A stretch of DNA of 64,000 nt, from the NCBI GenBank assembly GCA_951406725.2, contig OX597831.1, forward strand, positions 47,182,001 to 47,246,000. Reading direction: 5' to 3'. A program made the translations under genes and the position numbers. This document shows positions 25,344 to 39,508 of the stretch, piece after piece. The notes below the pieces were generated by a model. That model saw only the letters and a list, made by a program, of their open reading frames with translations. It ran no database searches and was not told where the DNA came from. The first letter of the stretch is position 1; every line of letters starts with the position of its first letter. This DNA is from Octopus vulgaris (lineage: Eukaryota).

Positions 25344-26993
25344 TACTTCTACACACATTTTCTTGTGTGTGTGTGTGTACATATGCATGTGTAGTTATAT
25401 GCATCTGCATATACATATGTACATCTATGTGTATGTATGTATACATTGGTTTCATACATGCATGCATGCATGTGTGTTGAACTTTTACCTTTTTAAGGCT
25501 AACAAGCTTTCATCAAACTGAAACTTTGCAGTCACTGTCAACCCTCTTTCAGTAAAAAGTTAAATAAACATGAATTCTACTAAAAGTATTGAGCAATTCC
25601 TCAGTTTAATGTTAAATTGTTTTGATGTATAACTTAACCATAAAAACATATACATATATATATATATCCTTTGGAAATGTAAGTTACTTAAAGCATTTAC
25701 CTTCCTTTTCCCTCATTATAATCCCTCTCATTTCTTGTTTTCCTGCTTCCACCCTTCCTTTCTCTTGTTTATTCTCTCACGTTGTTTTCCTTTCACTTTC
25801 TGTCTCCCTTATTGATTCTCTTTGTATCCCCTAACATACACTCCTCAAAGATGTATTGCGCACACTCTCTGTCTATTGTTCTATTTACAATGGTAAAACC
25901 TTAGAAAAAAGACATTATTATCTATATTGATTCATGAAATTTAATTCTGGGGTGATTAAGCTTGGGCTGCACGTAGGGAAAATGTTTTACTTTGCTTAAT
26001 TAATTATAGTTTTAAATGGAAAAGATACATGTACGTTTTCTATAACCTGGTTGAATATAAAATGTTTATTCATTATCATTTACCTTCACAATGTAATATC
26101 TTGTGTTTCAAGCATAGCTTCATAGAAACTTAATGAATCAACAAAACTCAAGGAAAAATATTTGAACTGGGGTTAAAACAACTATTTTAAAATAAAATTA
26201 CACTGATTTTTATTTCTGTCAACTTAATTAAAGCATACTGCCTGTTCTAATGTGTAATTATAACATGTAACACGTTGTTGAGAGGAAAGCTGTGTAAGAT
26301 TTATTTTGGAGTTGGTGATATAAGATATGCACTGTTGTTCATGATTATGTATGGCTTTTACTGGTATGATCTTTGATTGAAGATTTCACTTTGAATGAAG
26401 TGTTAAATCCTAAAATTTATTAAAAATTGTTAAGTTTATGAAATTGTTTTGCAAGATTCCTGATGTGAAATCATATGTTGAAACAGATACTGTTATATTT
26501 CGGAAGTAGACACGTGGGGTGAAAGAGTCACTGAAGAGGTCACAGGTGTGTGACAAAAGATTTCCAGACAATTGATATAAAAAAAATTAAGGAGAATAAT
26601 AAATGAGTGAAGAACAAATATACATAGTGCATATGTTTATTTGGCATGAAATAAAAAAATGACCATCTCAAAATATAACACTTACTAAAAATTCCTTTTC
26701 ACTAAATATAACAGAATAGACACTTAACGAATTATATATGTAATATAATATTGGTTTCTGAGCAGTGTTGAATTTTTTGCAGTCACAAAGGATTTTCCTC
26801 CTTGTTTCATTTTTACTGCACTTTTACATTATCTTTTTTTATTTACATCTTTAGTGTTGAGTTTAATGACTCATAGGAAAAACCTTGAATCATCATATGT
26901 GTTTATTGAAGTCAGAGAGTAATTTATAAAACAGAATTTTTCCATGCCACATATTTTACAATCAATGCTATTGATAAAAGAGCAATTTTCCAA

Positions 26994-27047
26994 ACACACA
27001 CACACATACATACATACATACATACATACATACATACATACATACAT

Positions 27048-27138
<91 letters not shown>

Positions 27139-27143
27139 GACAC
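26994..27143. repeat. (CATA)n(CA)n microsatellite
   Basis: Directly visible. Confidence 0.95.
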
Positions 27144-28674
27144 AAGCGTTTGTGTGTATCCCACTTGCAAACTTAGAAAGTCAGTTCTTTGGGAAAACTG
27201 TATCTGATATATTTCACAAATGTTTTGCACCAAATTTCTGTATGACATCCTGTTTAGTAGGTTTTTCAATAAAATCTTTCAAAAGTGTCAGGAAATAACA
27301 AAACAATATAGTTTTTTTATAATTCCAATAATAACACCGGAAAAAAATAATTGGGTCAATTGAAAATCAGTTTTTTTCAATGCAAGTGTTCTCTATTGTA
27401 TGCACGTAAGATCAAGTGTGTAATGTGTATCCAGTACTGAATGCTGTCTTGCATAGTGAAAATTTTAACCACCGTTGTTTCAGTCTTTTGAAGATGAAAT
27501 AATAATTGCAAATGTAAACAAAATATATGCATATATTTTGATATATTTTGTTTATATACAAGGTCATCTTGTATATAAACACAATATTTTATATACATGA
27601 TCATTGTTAATGTCCTGTCCTTCCTCCTTTCACTTTCCTTTATTCTCCCCCATTGTCTTTTTCTCTAATTTTCCCACCCCACTCCTTTTTGAGTTACCTG
27701 TGTGATTTGCTCTCTGAAATAAAGGAGAGGGAGCAGATATGGAAAGAAAAGAGTGTGACAGACTGTCTTTTAGATTTAAAAAAAAAAGGCAGTGACAAAT
27801 ATGCAGGATAAAACAAATCAATTCAGATATTGATAAGGTTCCCAGTGATTCATTGAAGGAGTAGGGGTGAGACTCTTTCTTTTTCATACATAATATATGT
27901 ATATAGGTCTGTATCTCTGTATGGTTGTGCGTTGTTGGTAATATATTGATAAATGATAAAAATCTACATATGTTTGTGTGTGAAGATATCTATCGACATG
28001 TATATAAGAAGTAGAGATATAGAAGTAGAGATTTAGTTTATCTCTTCTTTGTGCCTGAGAGTAACTATATGTCAGTCTCATAAGCCAAGCACTGATATCA
28101 GTTTGATTGACATTACCGAATGATAAATTCAAATGACATAAAAATTGTGCGTACATCGGTGACATAGTGGATAGCAACATTGTACTTGATAAATGTTCCG
28201 AATTCAAATCCAGTCTGAAACCATGACTGGAACCAGAAATAAAACACTTGATGATTGTTTATATAAGGATAATAAGGATAATCCTGCACCCTACCTTTCT
28301 CATTGCTGCTGGAGATTATTAAGGCCTGTGAAACATTACTGTTTTAGAGTCATTGTCTCAGAGTTATGATATTGTTGTTTCTTACAAAAGCCATGAACTT
28401 CTGAAGCATTTACCTGATGTGAACTCATTTCTTTTCATCTACTCTATTCACATATCTTTGTTCATATATTTTATCACATCCTTCCTTCCTTCCTTCTGTT
28501 TTATAAAATGAGAAGGAGAACCTCTATGTGATCATCTGATCTGCAAGAAACAACAACCAAATCTCCATAGAATCTTACCTCTGATATTTATACCTGAAGA
28601 AAGAAGAAAACATTCAGTATTGTAGCCTTTGATACATTGTCTGACAAGGAAAAAAAAGAAAGAGGATTGTCATA

Positions 28675-29032
28675 GGCTCAGGTGAGGCTGTGTGGTAAGA
28701 AGTTTGTTTCTCAACCACATGGTTCTGGGTTCAGTTCCACCGTGTGGCACCTTGAGCAAGTACCTTCTATTATACCCCTTGGCCAACCAAAGACTTGTGA
28801 TTGGATTTGGTAGATGGAAACTGAAAGAAGCCCATCATATATGTGTGTTTGTCCACCACCACCACCACCACTTGACAACTGGTGTTGGTTTGTTTACATC
28901 CCTGTAACTTAGTGGTTTACGATCACACCAGACTTTAAAAAAAATTAAGTACTGGAACCAATTTCTTTGACTAAATCCTTCAAGGTGGTGCTCCAGCATG
29001 GCTTCACTCTAATGACTGAAACAAGTAAAAGA
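28675..29032 (+). mobile_element. SINE family A, diverged
   Basis: Head and tail motifs present. Confidence 0.75.
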
Positions 29033-29467
29033 ACAAACGAATTAGCTGGAATGTGGCCTGCCATCATGGATCTGCCTAACTCTGCCTAATCAGCAACAAC
29101 AATGATAGCAACTATTTTTTGCCCCTAGGTATGTCATCTCTATCTATCTAAATCCATTTCATGCACCCAAATTATTTTTCAAACCCTTGATAAACATTTT
29201 AATGCTAAATGAATTTAGCCATTGAGAGTTCAGTTAAGAATATAGGCTTGGACAACATACACTAATCTGGAACTGGCTCAAAATGCCAATCTCTCAGTTT
29301 TTTCATCTCATCATCCCAGCTTCCACACTTTAAGCCCTTAGTTTGAAGAAAGCTTAAAATTAATGCTGAGCTCAAAGATTTCCTCTTTGAATTATTGAAT
29401 ATGAAATGATTTTCATATTTTAAATCCTGCCAAGGTCAACTTTGCCTTTATTCCCTCTGGGTTTTTT

Positions 29468-29855
29468 TCTTTTACTTGTTTCAGTCATTTGACTGCGGCC
29501 ATGTTGGAGCACTGCCTTTAGTCAAGCAAATCGACCCCAGGACTTATTCTTTGTAAGCCTAGTACTTATTCTATCGGTCTCTTTTGCCGAACCACTAAGT
29601 TACAGGGACATAAACACACCAGCATTGGTTGTCAAGCGATGTTAGGGGCACAAACACAGACACACAAACACACACACACACACACATATATACACATATA
29701 TACGACAGGCTTCTTTCAGTTTCCATCTACCAAATCCACTCACAAGGCTTTGGTCGGCCCAAGGCTGTAGTAGAAGACACTTGCCCAAGGTGCTACACAG
29801 TGAGACCGAACCCAGAACCATGTGGTTGGTGAGCAAGCTACTAACCACACAGCTA
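29468..29855 (-). mobile_element. SINE family A
   Basis: Near full-length copy. Confidence 0.85.
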
Positions 29856-30593
29856 TGCAGTCTTCCACACTTATCAATCCTCTTCATGTATAGGTGATCA
29901 GTGTCTGCACATGGATGATGTTAGGAGCTTTCTTGACTTCCTGTCCATCTCCCTTAGCTCCTCCTCTGTCTACTTCAGGATTGCAGTGCCATACCGAACT
30001 ACTGTGAATGCACGTGAGCTTATTGCCGAAATTATGTTTTTGGCATTTAGCTTTGAAGCCAATATTTTTCTCACTTGCCACAGATACTCCCTTTTCATTA
30101 TTATTATTATTATTATCCATCACACAATATTTCTGGCCTTGTGCCTACATTAGAAATACTTATCATCATCAGCATCATCATTTTTTATTACAAGATTGGT
30201 ACATGATAGAATTGGTGGAGCACAAAAACACCTTGTAATATTTAAGTAGCTTTGCTTTCTGACTTCACTTTTCATTCTTCTGGAGTTGATAAGATAAGTA
30301 CCAATCACGTATGGTTTAAACTACTGTGGCTTCTCCAAAAATCTGTGGCATTGTGCCAATTTTAGAAAATGTCATCATCATCTTCATAATCACCATTAGT
30401 ATGAAGATGTTTTTTTGATTCTCCCTTCAGAACATGTTTTACTCAAGTTTAACCAAATGATATTTTCTTTGGAATACTTGTAAAAAGAACTATAATTGCC
30501 TATGGAAAACCTGTCTTTGATGCCCAGGGGCAGATAATTGAAAGGAAAAAGAGGTTTCTTTCACAAAATTAAAATTTTATTTATACACCTTGA

Positions 30594-30678
30594 TATTGGC
30601 TGGTCGTAGGTATCGACTGGTTATAGGCATCAACTGGTTATTGATATTGGCTGGTTATAAGTACTGACTAGTTATGGG
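30594..30678. repeat. 17-bp minisatellite, 5 units
   Basis: Consensus TATTGACTGGTTATAGG. Confidence 0.75.
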
Positions 30679-31726
30679 AATTGCTTTTCGTACTTTTTAG
30701 CCTCAGTTTCCTATGATCATATCAAACCAGTGATAGCACATGGCCTAGTGATTAGGCTGTTTGCCCTATGATTATAATGTTGTGGGCTCAATTCCTGGAT
30801 TGGTCGACATATTGTGTCCTTAAGCTAGGAATTTCATTTCAAATTACTGTAGCCTACCTTGCGGAAACGAGTACCAGCTAGGTGCTAATACAACCCTGCC
30901 TCCGGCTGTCACATTCTCAATGTTTTGCTGTGTCATGGCAAAAAACATTCCACAATGTGTTTTTTTTTACTGTGTTTAAAGAAGGCAGAGTTTGATTTGA
31001 GGGAGATTTGGTTGCTGTGTCTATTGGTTTGAGTGGCCATGTATCAGCTACTTAATTGGTTCTTATTCAATAGCTGTAATGAATGACATGAGCATTTAAA
31101 CCAAAAATGTTGTATAGAATGACATATAGTTATCTCAGCACAGTGTATGGTATTTTCACAAATAAATCTTACTGCTGACATTTATTCCAAGGACTTTGTG
31201 CATATATATATATATATATTCTGTTTTTTAAATGACTTAGTTTTCTTGCGCTCTTTTTATATTTAGCAAATGTGAATTGGATGAGATTTAGTTAAATAAC
31301 TAACTATTCTTACTCTGATAATGTTATCAACCTGATGTTTGAAGCATAGCTTAGCAAAATGTCCTCACATAAAATTATAGCAGCAGGTTTTAATTTAAAA
31401 ATGAATAGTATAAACCAAAAGTTTTGTAATGATAAAACCATGGGCAGTCTCAGAGCAGTGGATGGTGTAAATATTGGAGTATCAGATGCTCAAGAGAGAT
31501 GCCTAGCTGTATCTCTTCTGGTGTTTTTTCATTTTGAGTTTCTGTCAAGCTGACTTAATCCATTTCTCAGTTTTAAAACCCACCATAGAAAAGGGTTGAT
31601 ATTAAATCAAGGAAACACTAAGATAGTCTGTTGCAGAGTGAAACATCTTTTATGGTAAGAGCAACAAGGCTAGTTCTAATAGTGGTTTTGGTAGTTCGCT
31701 TATAAGTTGTTGTTTAATCTGTAGAC

Positions 31727-31945
31727 CAGTGGTTTTCAACCAGGGTTCCGTGGAACCTTAGGGTTCTGCCAGTACAGTCCAGGGGTTCCGCAAGAAGTTA
31801 CAAAAATGCTAAAATCGACAGTAATTTTTAATGCTCCTGTGCAGATATGTGTGCATAAGACAATTAAATTATTGCACAGGGGTTCCTCGAGCCAATGAAA
31901 TGTTTTATTGGGGTTCCGCTCCAGCAAAAAGGTTGAAAAGCACTG
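31727..31945. mobile_element. hAT (Charlie-like) MITE
   Basis: TIRs CAGTGGTTTTCAACC/GGTTGAAAAGCACTG and an 8-bp TSD CTGTAGAC/CTCTAGAC. Confidence 0.85.
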
Positions 31946-32255
31946 CTCTAGACCATTCTTGATTAAGCAAACCTATAACGAAAGACATTCTAGCTGTGAC
32001 AATCCCATATTTTACTCAGGTATAATATATGAAGAACCACATTATCCAATCTATCCTATTTTTATAAAATATGATCTGGTGTGATTTGAGGAAGACTTGC
32101 TGTTATTTCTTACAGGTCAATTGATGGCATAGACATTGTGGTATTACAAGTAACAGCTGTAGTGGTTATGTTATTGTAGTTGATCAAAGGCATGCCAGAC
32201 ATGACCACCCAATCTTCTGTTTGGGATAGTGTACCTATCATTATCTTTTTTTTGA

Positions 32256-32410
32256 CTTTTTACTTGTTTCAGGACTTATTCTTTGTAAACCTAGTACTTA
32301 TTCTATCGGTCTCTTTTTGGTGAACCACTAAGTTACGGGGACGTAAACACACCAGCATCGGTTGTCAAGCAATGTTGGGGGGATAAACACAGACACAAAC
32401 ATATACACAC

Positions 32411-32448
<38 letters not shown>

Positions 32449-32603
32449 CTTTCAGTTTCCGTCTACTAAATCCACTCACAAGGTTTTGTTTGGCCTGAGG
32501 CTATAGCAGAAGACACTTGCCCAAGGTGCCACGCTGTGGGACTGAACCCGGAACCATATGGTTGGTACGCAAGTTACTTACCACACAGCCACTCCTGCGC
32601 CTA
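32256..32603 (-). mobile_element. SINE family A
   Basis: Copy with a deletion near the tail. Confidence 0.8.
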
Positions 32604-33269
32604 TAATCTAATGTACATTTTTTAAAGATGTTAGGCTGTGATTTGAGGAAGGTTTAGATGCTATTTCTACGAAGTCAAGTGAGCATGCGGAAGATCTCCT
32701 GATGGTGTTGTTTGCTATAAGTTGTTGTTTAACTTGCAGCTCAGCCTTGATTGAGCAGACAAAAGATGGTCACAAGTACTCTGACTATGACCATCCCGTC
32801 TTTTACTCAGACATAGTGTGTGCAAAACTCCATTATCTAATGTCTCCGTTCTTGTTGTTTTTTTTTTTTATAACATGACATTGTGTAATTTTAGAGATAT
32901 TTAGCTGCTATGTCTAGCAGGTTGGGTGGTATTGTTAGTTGTGCTCTTTAGCCCTGTTTGAAGATATTTATGAACAAAATCGTTTTACTATGACCACTCT
33001 TCACCCCTTTTTTTACCGTTTCATGCATCCATCCTTTTTAAGATGTCAGAGTATGACTTAAGGAAGATTTTGCTACTATTTCTAGCACTCTGAATGACCA
33101 CCTAGATAAACTCTCAATCGTTTGGTGATGTTATAAAGGGCTAGCTACTGCAGTTATGGTTGGGTCACTAGTAATAGTAGTTGTAGTAGTAGTTGTGTGA
33201 GGCTGAAAAAACAACTGCATTAGGGATATTGTTCATTGTAGTAATAAAGGAATAGTAGGGGATATTATG

Positions 33270-33824
33270 ATGGCATTGATGGTGGTGGTGGTGGTGGTGG
33301 TGGTGGTGATGGTGTCGATGAGTCAGCTTTGTGTTAATACTCTGTAGTGTTGATGATGATGATGATGATGATGATGATGAGTCAGCGTTGGTAATGCTGC
33401 ATACTGTGGTTGATGATGATGGTTGTGATGTTTATGATGGTGTTGATGATGGTGATGGTGTTGATGATGATGATGATGATGAATCAAGTTTGGTAATGTT
33501 GTGTGCTGTTGTTGTTGATGATGACAGTGGTGATGATGATGGAGTTGGTGATGATGATGATGATGATGAATCAACTTCGATGATGTGTGCTGCTATTGTT
33601 GATGATGATGATGGTGGTGATATTGATGGTGTTGGTGATGATGATGATGATGAATCAACTTCGATGATGTGTGCTGTTATTGTTGATGATGATGATGGTG
33701 GTGATATTGATATTGATGGTGTTGGTGATGATGATAATAATGATGATGAATCAACTTTGGTAATTTGTGTGCGGTTGTTGTTGATGATGACGATGGTGTT
33801 GGTCATGATGATGACGATGACGAC

Positions 33825-33855
<31 letters not shown>

Positions 33856-34010
33856 TTGGTTGTGAGGATAGTGATGATTGTGATTATGATGACGATGACA
33901 ATGATGGTTGTGCAGATAGTGCTGATGATGATGATGATGGCAAGAATGGTGTTATTGATGATGATGATGATGACGACGACAACAATGTCGGTTATGAGGA
34001 TAGTGATGAT
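33270..34010. repeat. (GAT/GGT)-rich compound repeat with higher-order unit of about 80 bp
   Basis: GAATCAACTT(C/T)G..TGTGTGC recurs between GAT runs. Confidence 0.85.
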
Positions 34011-34559
34011 GAGGGGTCATTCAGTTCTGTTTCTTGCAAAAGGAAAACGTATGGGATTTATTTATTCATTTACTTTATTTGTTTTTTGGGGGGTTTTTTT
34101 TGGTTTTGTTTTGTTTTGTTTGCATTTTGTATTACTTATTCATTCATTTATTTATTTATTTATTTATTTTGCGGGAAAAAGCAACTGTTGCTTGATATGT
34201 TGTTGTTGTTGTTACTGTTGTTACTTGAGATGGCAGTTGTTGGACTTGTTCCTGCTGCTGCTGCTACTGCTGTTGTTGTTGCTGCTGCTGCAGTTGCTGT
34301 TGTTGTTGTTGTTTGTGATTGGATGACATTGTTGCAACGATGCTGGCTGTGTTGTTGTTGATAACTGCAATCCTATTATTGATTTGAGTGGCCCTGTTGT
34401 TGTTGTTATTGCCTATTGGGATAGGTAGGTGCTAAGTGGCATTAGCAGTGGAGGGGGGGTAGCAGCCTGGCTGTGGCTTACATGTTGATAGAAACTTCTC
34501 TCTCACTCTCTTTCTAACCCTTTACTCTCTCTCTCTTTGTCTCTCTCCCACTCCCTCTC

Positions 34560-35295
34560 TCAACTACTCATTCTATTCCCTACCTTCCTCCTTCATCTCT
34601 CTCTATTACTCATTCTACTCCCCTTCCACCATCCTCTCTACTACTCATTTTACTCCCTCCCTTCCTCCTGCCTTTCTCTCTACTACTCAGTCTACTCCCT
34701 CCCTTCCTCCTTCTCTCTCTCTTTACTACTCATTCTACTCCCTCCCTTCCTCCTTCCTCTCTCTACTACTCATTCTACTCCCTCCCTTCCTCCTTCCTCT
34801 CTCTCTACTACTCATTCTACACCCTCCCTTCCTCCTTCCTCTCTCTCTACTACTCATTCTACACCCTCCCTTCCTCCTTCCTCTCTCTACTACTCATTCT
34901 ACTCCCTTCCTCCTTCCTCTCTCTTTCTCTACTACTCATTCTACTCCCTCCCTTCATCTCTCTCTATTACTCATTCTACTCCCCTTCCACCATCCTCTCT
35001 ACTACTCATTTTACTCCCTCCCTTCCTCCTGCCTTTTTCTCTACTACTCAGTCTACTCCCTCCCTTCCTCCTTCTCTCTCTCTCTACTACTCATTCTACT
35101 CCCTCCCTTCCTCCTTCCTCTACTACTCATTCTACTCCCTCCCTTCCTCTCTCTCTCCCTTTACTACTCATTCTACTCCCTCCCTTCCTCCTTCCTCTCT
35201 ACTACTCATTCTACTTCCTCCTTTCTCTCTCTCTACTACTCATTCTACTCCCTCCCTTCCTCCTTCCTCTACTACTCATTCTACTCTCTCCCTTC
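34560..35295. repeat. Pyrimidine-rich minisatellite (unit about 35-42 bp)
   Basis: About 20 recurrences of CTACTACTCATTCTACTCCCTCCCTTCCTCCTT. Confidence 0.9.
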
Positions 35296-35579
35296 CTCAC
35301 GCCCTCTCTCTCATATGCACACATACAAATACATACATAAACTGGATATTTTGGCAAAAACTACTTACAGAAAAAAAAACAAAACAAAACAAAAAAACAA
35401 ATTGGTATTAGTTGCATAAATAATAGAAATGATAGTGGTGAATGTGGTGAAGCTGTGGCATTAATGCTGTGTTTATATGGTGGTGGTGACAACTGCAGTG
35501 GTGGTGTGGAATTAATGGTGTATGAATGTGATAGTTCTGTGGTGGTATCAATAATTACATGTATGTGTGTGTATGTATA

Positions 35580-35800
35580 CTCTTTTACTTGTTTCAATCA
35601 TTTGACTGCGGCCATGCTGGAGCACCGCCTTTAGTTGAGAAAATCGACCCCAGGACTTATTCTTCGGAAGCCTAGTACTTATTCTATTGGTCACTTTTGC
35701 CGAACTGCTAAGTTACGGGGACGTAAACACACCACCATCGGTTATCATGCGATGATGGGGGGACAAACACAGACACACAAACATATACACACAAACATAT

Positions 35801-35879
<79 letters not shown>

Positions 35880-36064
35880 TATATATTCATATATATATAT
35901 ATTCATATATGATGGGCTTCTTTCAGTTTCCGTCTACCAGATCCACTCACAAGGCTTTGGTCGGCCCTAGGCTATAGCAGAAGACATTTGCCCAAGGTGC
36001 CACACAGTGGGAATGAACCCAGAACCATGTGGTTGGTAAGCAAGCTACTTACCACACAGCCACT
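35580..36064 (-). mobile_element. SINE family A
   Basis: Near full-length copy with a long internal (TA)n. Confidence 0.85.
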
Positions 36065-36245
36065 ATGTATGTATGTGTATATGTATGTATGTAGGATTCA
36101 TGTATGTATGCGTATGCATATGTATGTGTGTATGTATGAATATGTACATGTATATGTATGTATGTGCGTAACTGTGTGTGTGTGTGTGCTTGCATGCCTC
36201 TGTGTGTGTGTGTGGGGGGGGGGGGGCTTGTATGCCTCTATGTGA

Positions 36246-36279
<34 letters not shown>

Positions 36280-36448
36280 TGATGTTGAATAAAGAGAGCA
36301 GTAATGAAAATTAACTGGCATAACTAGAAAATGAATCTCTTATTGCTTATCTCAGGAAGGGTGAGTCAAGGAGGTTTTGTCCATTTTACTATATTTATGT
36401 ATGTTTCTGTATGTGTGTTTGTGTTATATTTGTATGTGAGTATATGTA

Positions 36449-36486
<38 letters not shown>

Positions 36487-36497
36487 AATATATATAT

Positions 36498-36907
36498 AGG
36501 CGTAGAAGTGGCTGTGTAGTAAGTAGCTTGCTTACAAACCACATGATTTCGGGTTCAGTCCCACTGCGTGGTACCTTGGGCAAGTGTCTTCTACTATAGC
36601 CTCGGGCCAACCAAAGCCTTGTGAGTGGATTTGGTAGACGGAAACTGAAAAAAAGCTCGTGATATATATGTATATATATACATGTATGTGTGTGTGTGTA
36701 TATGTTTGTGTGTTTGTGTTGGTCCCCCCAACATCGCTTGACAACCGATGCTGGTGTGGTTACGTCCCTGTAACTTAGTGGTTTGACAAAAGAGGCCGAT
36801 AGAATAAGTACTAGGCTTACAAAGAATAACTCCTGGGATCAATTTGCTCGACTAAAGGCGGTGCTCCAGCATGGCCACAGTCACATGACTGAAACAAGTA
36901 AAAGAGA

Positions 36908-36908
<1 letters not shown>
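36498..36908 (+). mobile_element. SINE family A
   Basis: Near full-length copy. Confidence 0.85.
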
Positions 36909-36947
<39 letters not shown>

Positions 36948-37673
36948 TGTGTGTGTCTGTATCTGTGTAAATTCCTCTCTGAGTAAGTCTAGGTACTATT
37001 ATGGAGTGTGTGATCTGAAATGATTACCACTGTCAGTTCTACAGGGCTGCCTAAACCTTGTACAGTTCGCCTTGTTATGTCGACAATGTTCCTAGTGTCT
37101 TGCAGGGTTATGCTAAGCTTGTTTTGATAACTGAAGAAAGAACTGCATTAAAGAGTACATATTGAGCACTTCAACCCTGCCCCACCCCCTGCACCCTGCA
37201 CCCGCCTCTGGCACCTGCCAGCCTCTGTACCTCTCCCCTTATGTCTTTTAATGGCCGCCCTCCCTGCTGCCTTATTTATATACCTATGTTCCCTTTCTCT
37301 GCACCATCTGAATTCCTTCTTTATTCTTTCCATGTTCAGTAGTTATCTTTTGTTTTTGCTACATGTGTGCGTGTGTGTGTGTGTGTGTGTGTATTATACA
37401 ATCATATATATAAATGTATACATATATACATAGTTACACACATACATATAAATATACACATATATACTCATACATATATATATATATATATACACATGCT
37501 TACACACGCATTTATATTTGTTTGTGTGTATGTGTGTGTATTTATATATACATACATGCGTGTGTATGCATGTGTATATATATATACATATGCATACACA
37601 CGCATTTATATTTGTTTGTGTGTGTATTTATATATACATACATAGATATAAATATACACATATATACATATAG

Positions 37674-37837
37674 TAGGCGTAGGCATGGTTGTGTGCTAAG
37701 TACCTTGCTTACCAACCACATGGAACCGGGTTCAGTCCTGCTGTGTGGTACCTTTGACAAATGTCTTCTACTATCGCCTTGGGCTGACCAAAGCCTTGTA
37801 AGTGGATTTGGTAGATGGTAACTGAAAGAAGCCCGCC

Positions 37838-37884
<47 letters not shown>

Positions 37885-38106
37885 TATATGTGTGAGTGTA
37901 TATGTTTGTGTGTCTGTGTCTGTCCCACCGCTATCATTTGACAACCAATGCTGGTGTGTTTGTGTCTCCGTAACTTAGCAGTTCAGCAAAAGAGGCCGAT
38001 AGAATAAGTACTGGGCTTACAAAGAGTAAGTCGTGGGGTCGATTTGTTCGACTAAAGGCAGTGCTCCTGCATGGCTGCAGTCAAATGACTGAAACAAATA
38101 AAAGAA
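37674..38106 (+). mobile_element. SINE family A
   Basis: Near full-length copy. Confidence 0.85.
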
Positions 38107-39279
38107 TATAGTTACACACACACACACATACACACACACACACATACACATACACACAGATATTTATATTTGTTTTTAATAAAGTGTTGCTCCTGATACC
38201 CAATGCTGGTTCTATACTGTCTGTCTTACCGTTTCTCTTATTCCTCACTTTCTCTTACTCTCTCACTCTCTCAATACTTGTGGATGGTAATGGTAGAAGC
38301 AGGACATTCTCTTTCATCCTGCACTGTTACTTATATTGCTCAGGTTCCCTAAGGTACCATCTCTTCTCTATCATTGATTGCCTTTTTTTTTTCTGGTCTC
38401 ATTCCCACTTTTGCCTTCACCCAAACACACACCCACCACCACTCATTCTTAATTTTTTTTTTTTTTTGCCTTTCATCCTCCTCCGTCCTCTACAATTCCT
38501 TACTTTTCTTCCCTACTGACAAATATCTATTCTTTTGAGTGGTTTTTTTTTTCTTTCTTTCTTTTCCTTTTGAGTTTCGGGTTTTCTTAAGGGAAAACAA
38601 GTATGAACGAGAAAGAAAAGGAAAGAAAAGGAATGAAAGTAAAACCATTGAAATCATGGTTTAAAATTATCAGCCATTGATTTTGTTATGAATGGAAGTT
38701 AATTGTGTTGAAATATCAGCCATGTCTTAACTTTTGAATATATCATTCTTTTGAATGATATATTTTCCTCCACTGAGATTCATATTTATATCATTGTTAT
38801 CCCATTACCAGTTACATCATTCAGCTGTTGTACATGCCTATAACTGTAGCTGTATTGTATTTTATAAATTGTTGCATTCGGTGCTCTTCTATTGACTACA
38901 TATGTTTATTTTGATGGTTTTACTTTTTACTGTCACATGTTACCTCTCTGTACTGAATAACAGCTGTCAACCAGGGATCTTTACACTTTATTTGTACTAG
39001 ATGAAGGAGTTTGCTTTGGGGTATCTCTTTCATTGGAAGAATGCTATCTATTTTCAGAATGTCTGATCACAGCTTGTCAACTCAGGTTGTGAGAAGTGGT
39101 CATATGTGTGGCATAGTGCTTAAGAAGTCCACTTTGAAATCATGTGGTCTTGCGTTCAGTTCTACAGCATGGCATCTTGGGCAAGCAAATTTATGTGTCT
39201 TTACCATACTCTCAGGTTTACTCATGCTGTGTGAATGAAAATGGGTAGCAGGAAACTGTGTGGAAGCCTGTTGGGTGGG

Positions 39280-39508
39280 ATGTAAAAGCACCTGTGCAGT
39301 TCTATGTAAAAGTACCCACATGGTGCCATGTAATGACACCCAGCACATTTTGTAAAGTGGTTGGTGTTAGGAAGGGCATCCAGCCACAGAAACCATACCA
39401 AATCAGACTGGAGTCTAGTGTAGCTCTCCAGCTTGCCAGCTCTGGTCAAACTGTCCAACCCATGCCAGCATGGACAACAGATGTTAAACGATCATGATGA
39501 TGATGATG
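39280..39508 (+). mobile_element. Family C 3' fragment
   Basis: TTAGGAAGGGCATCCAGCC..CCAACCCATGCCAGCATGG..(GAT)n. Confidence 0.7.

Noticed and set aside
33331-34361. 331-aa and 198-aa Asp/Met-rich ORFs as acidic shell-matrix-like proteins
   Set aside because: Microsatellite-derived. Composition changes with frame and runs into poly-T intron-like sequence.
30594-35295. CRISPR-like arrays
   Set aside because: The repeats are tandem without unique spacers, the context is eukaryotic, and there are no cas genes.
34537-35340. 267-aa S/L/P-rich ORF
   Set aside because: Translation of a G-poor minisatellite.
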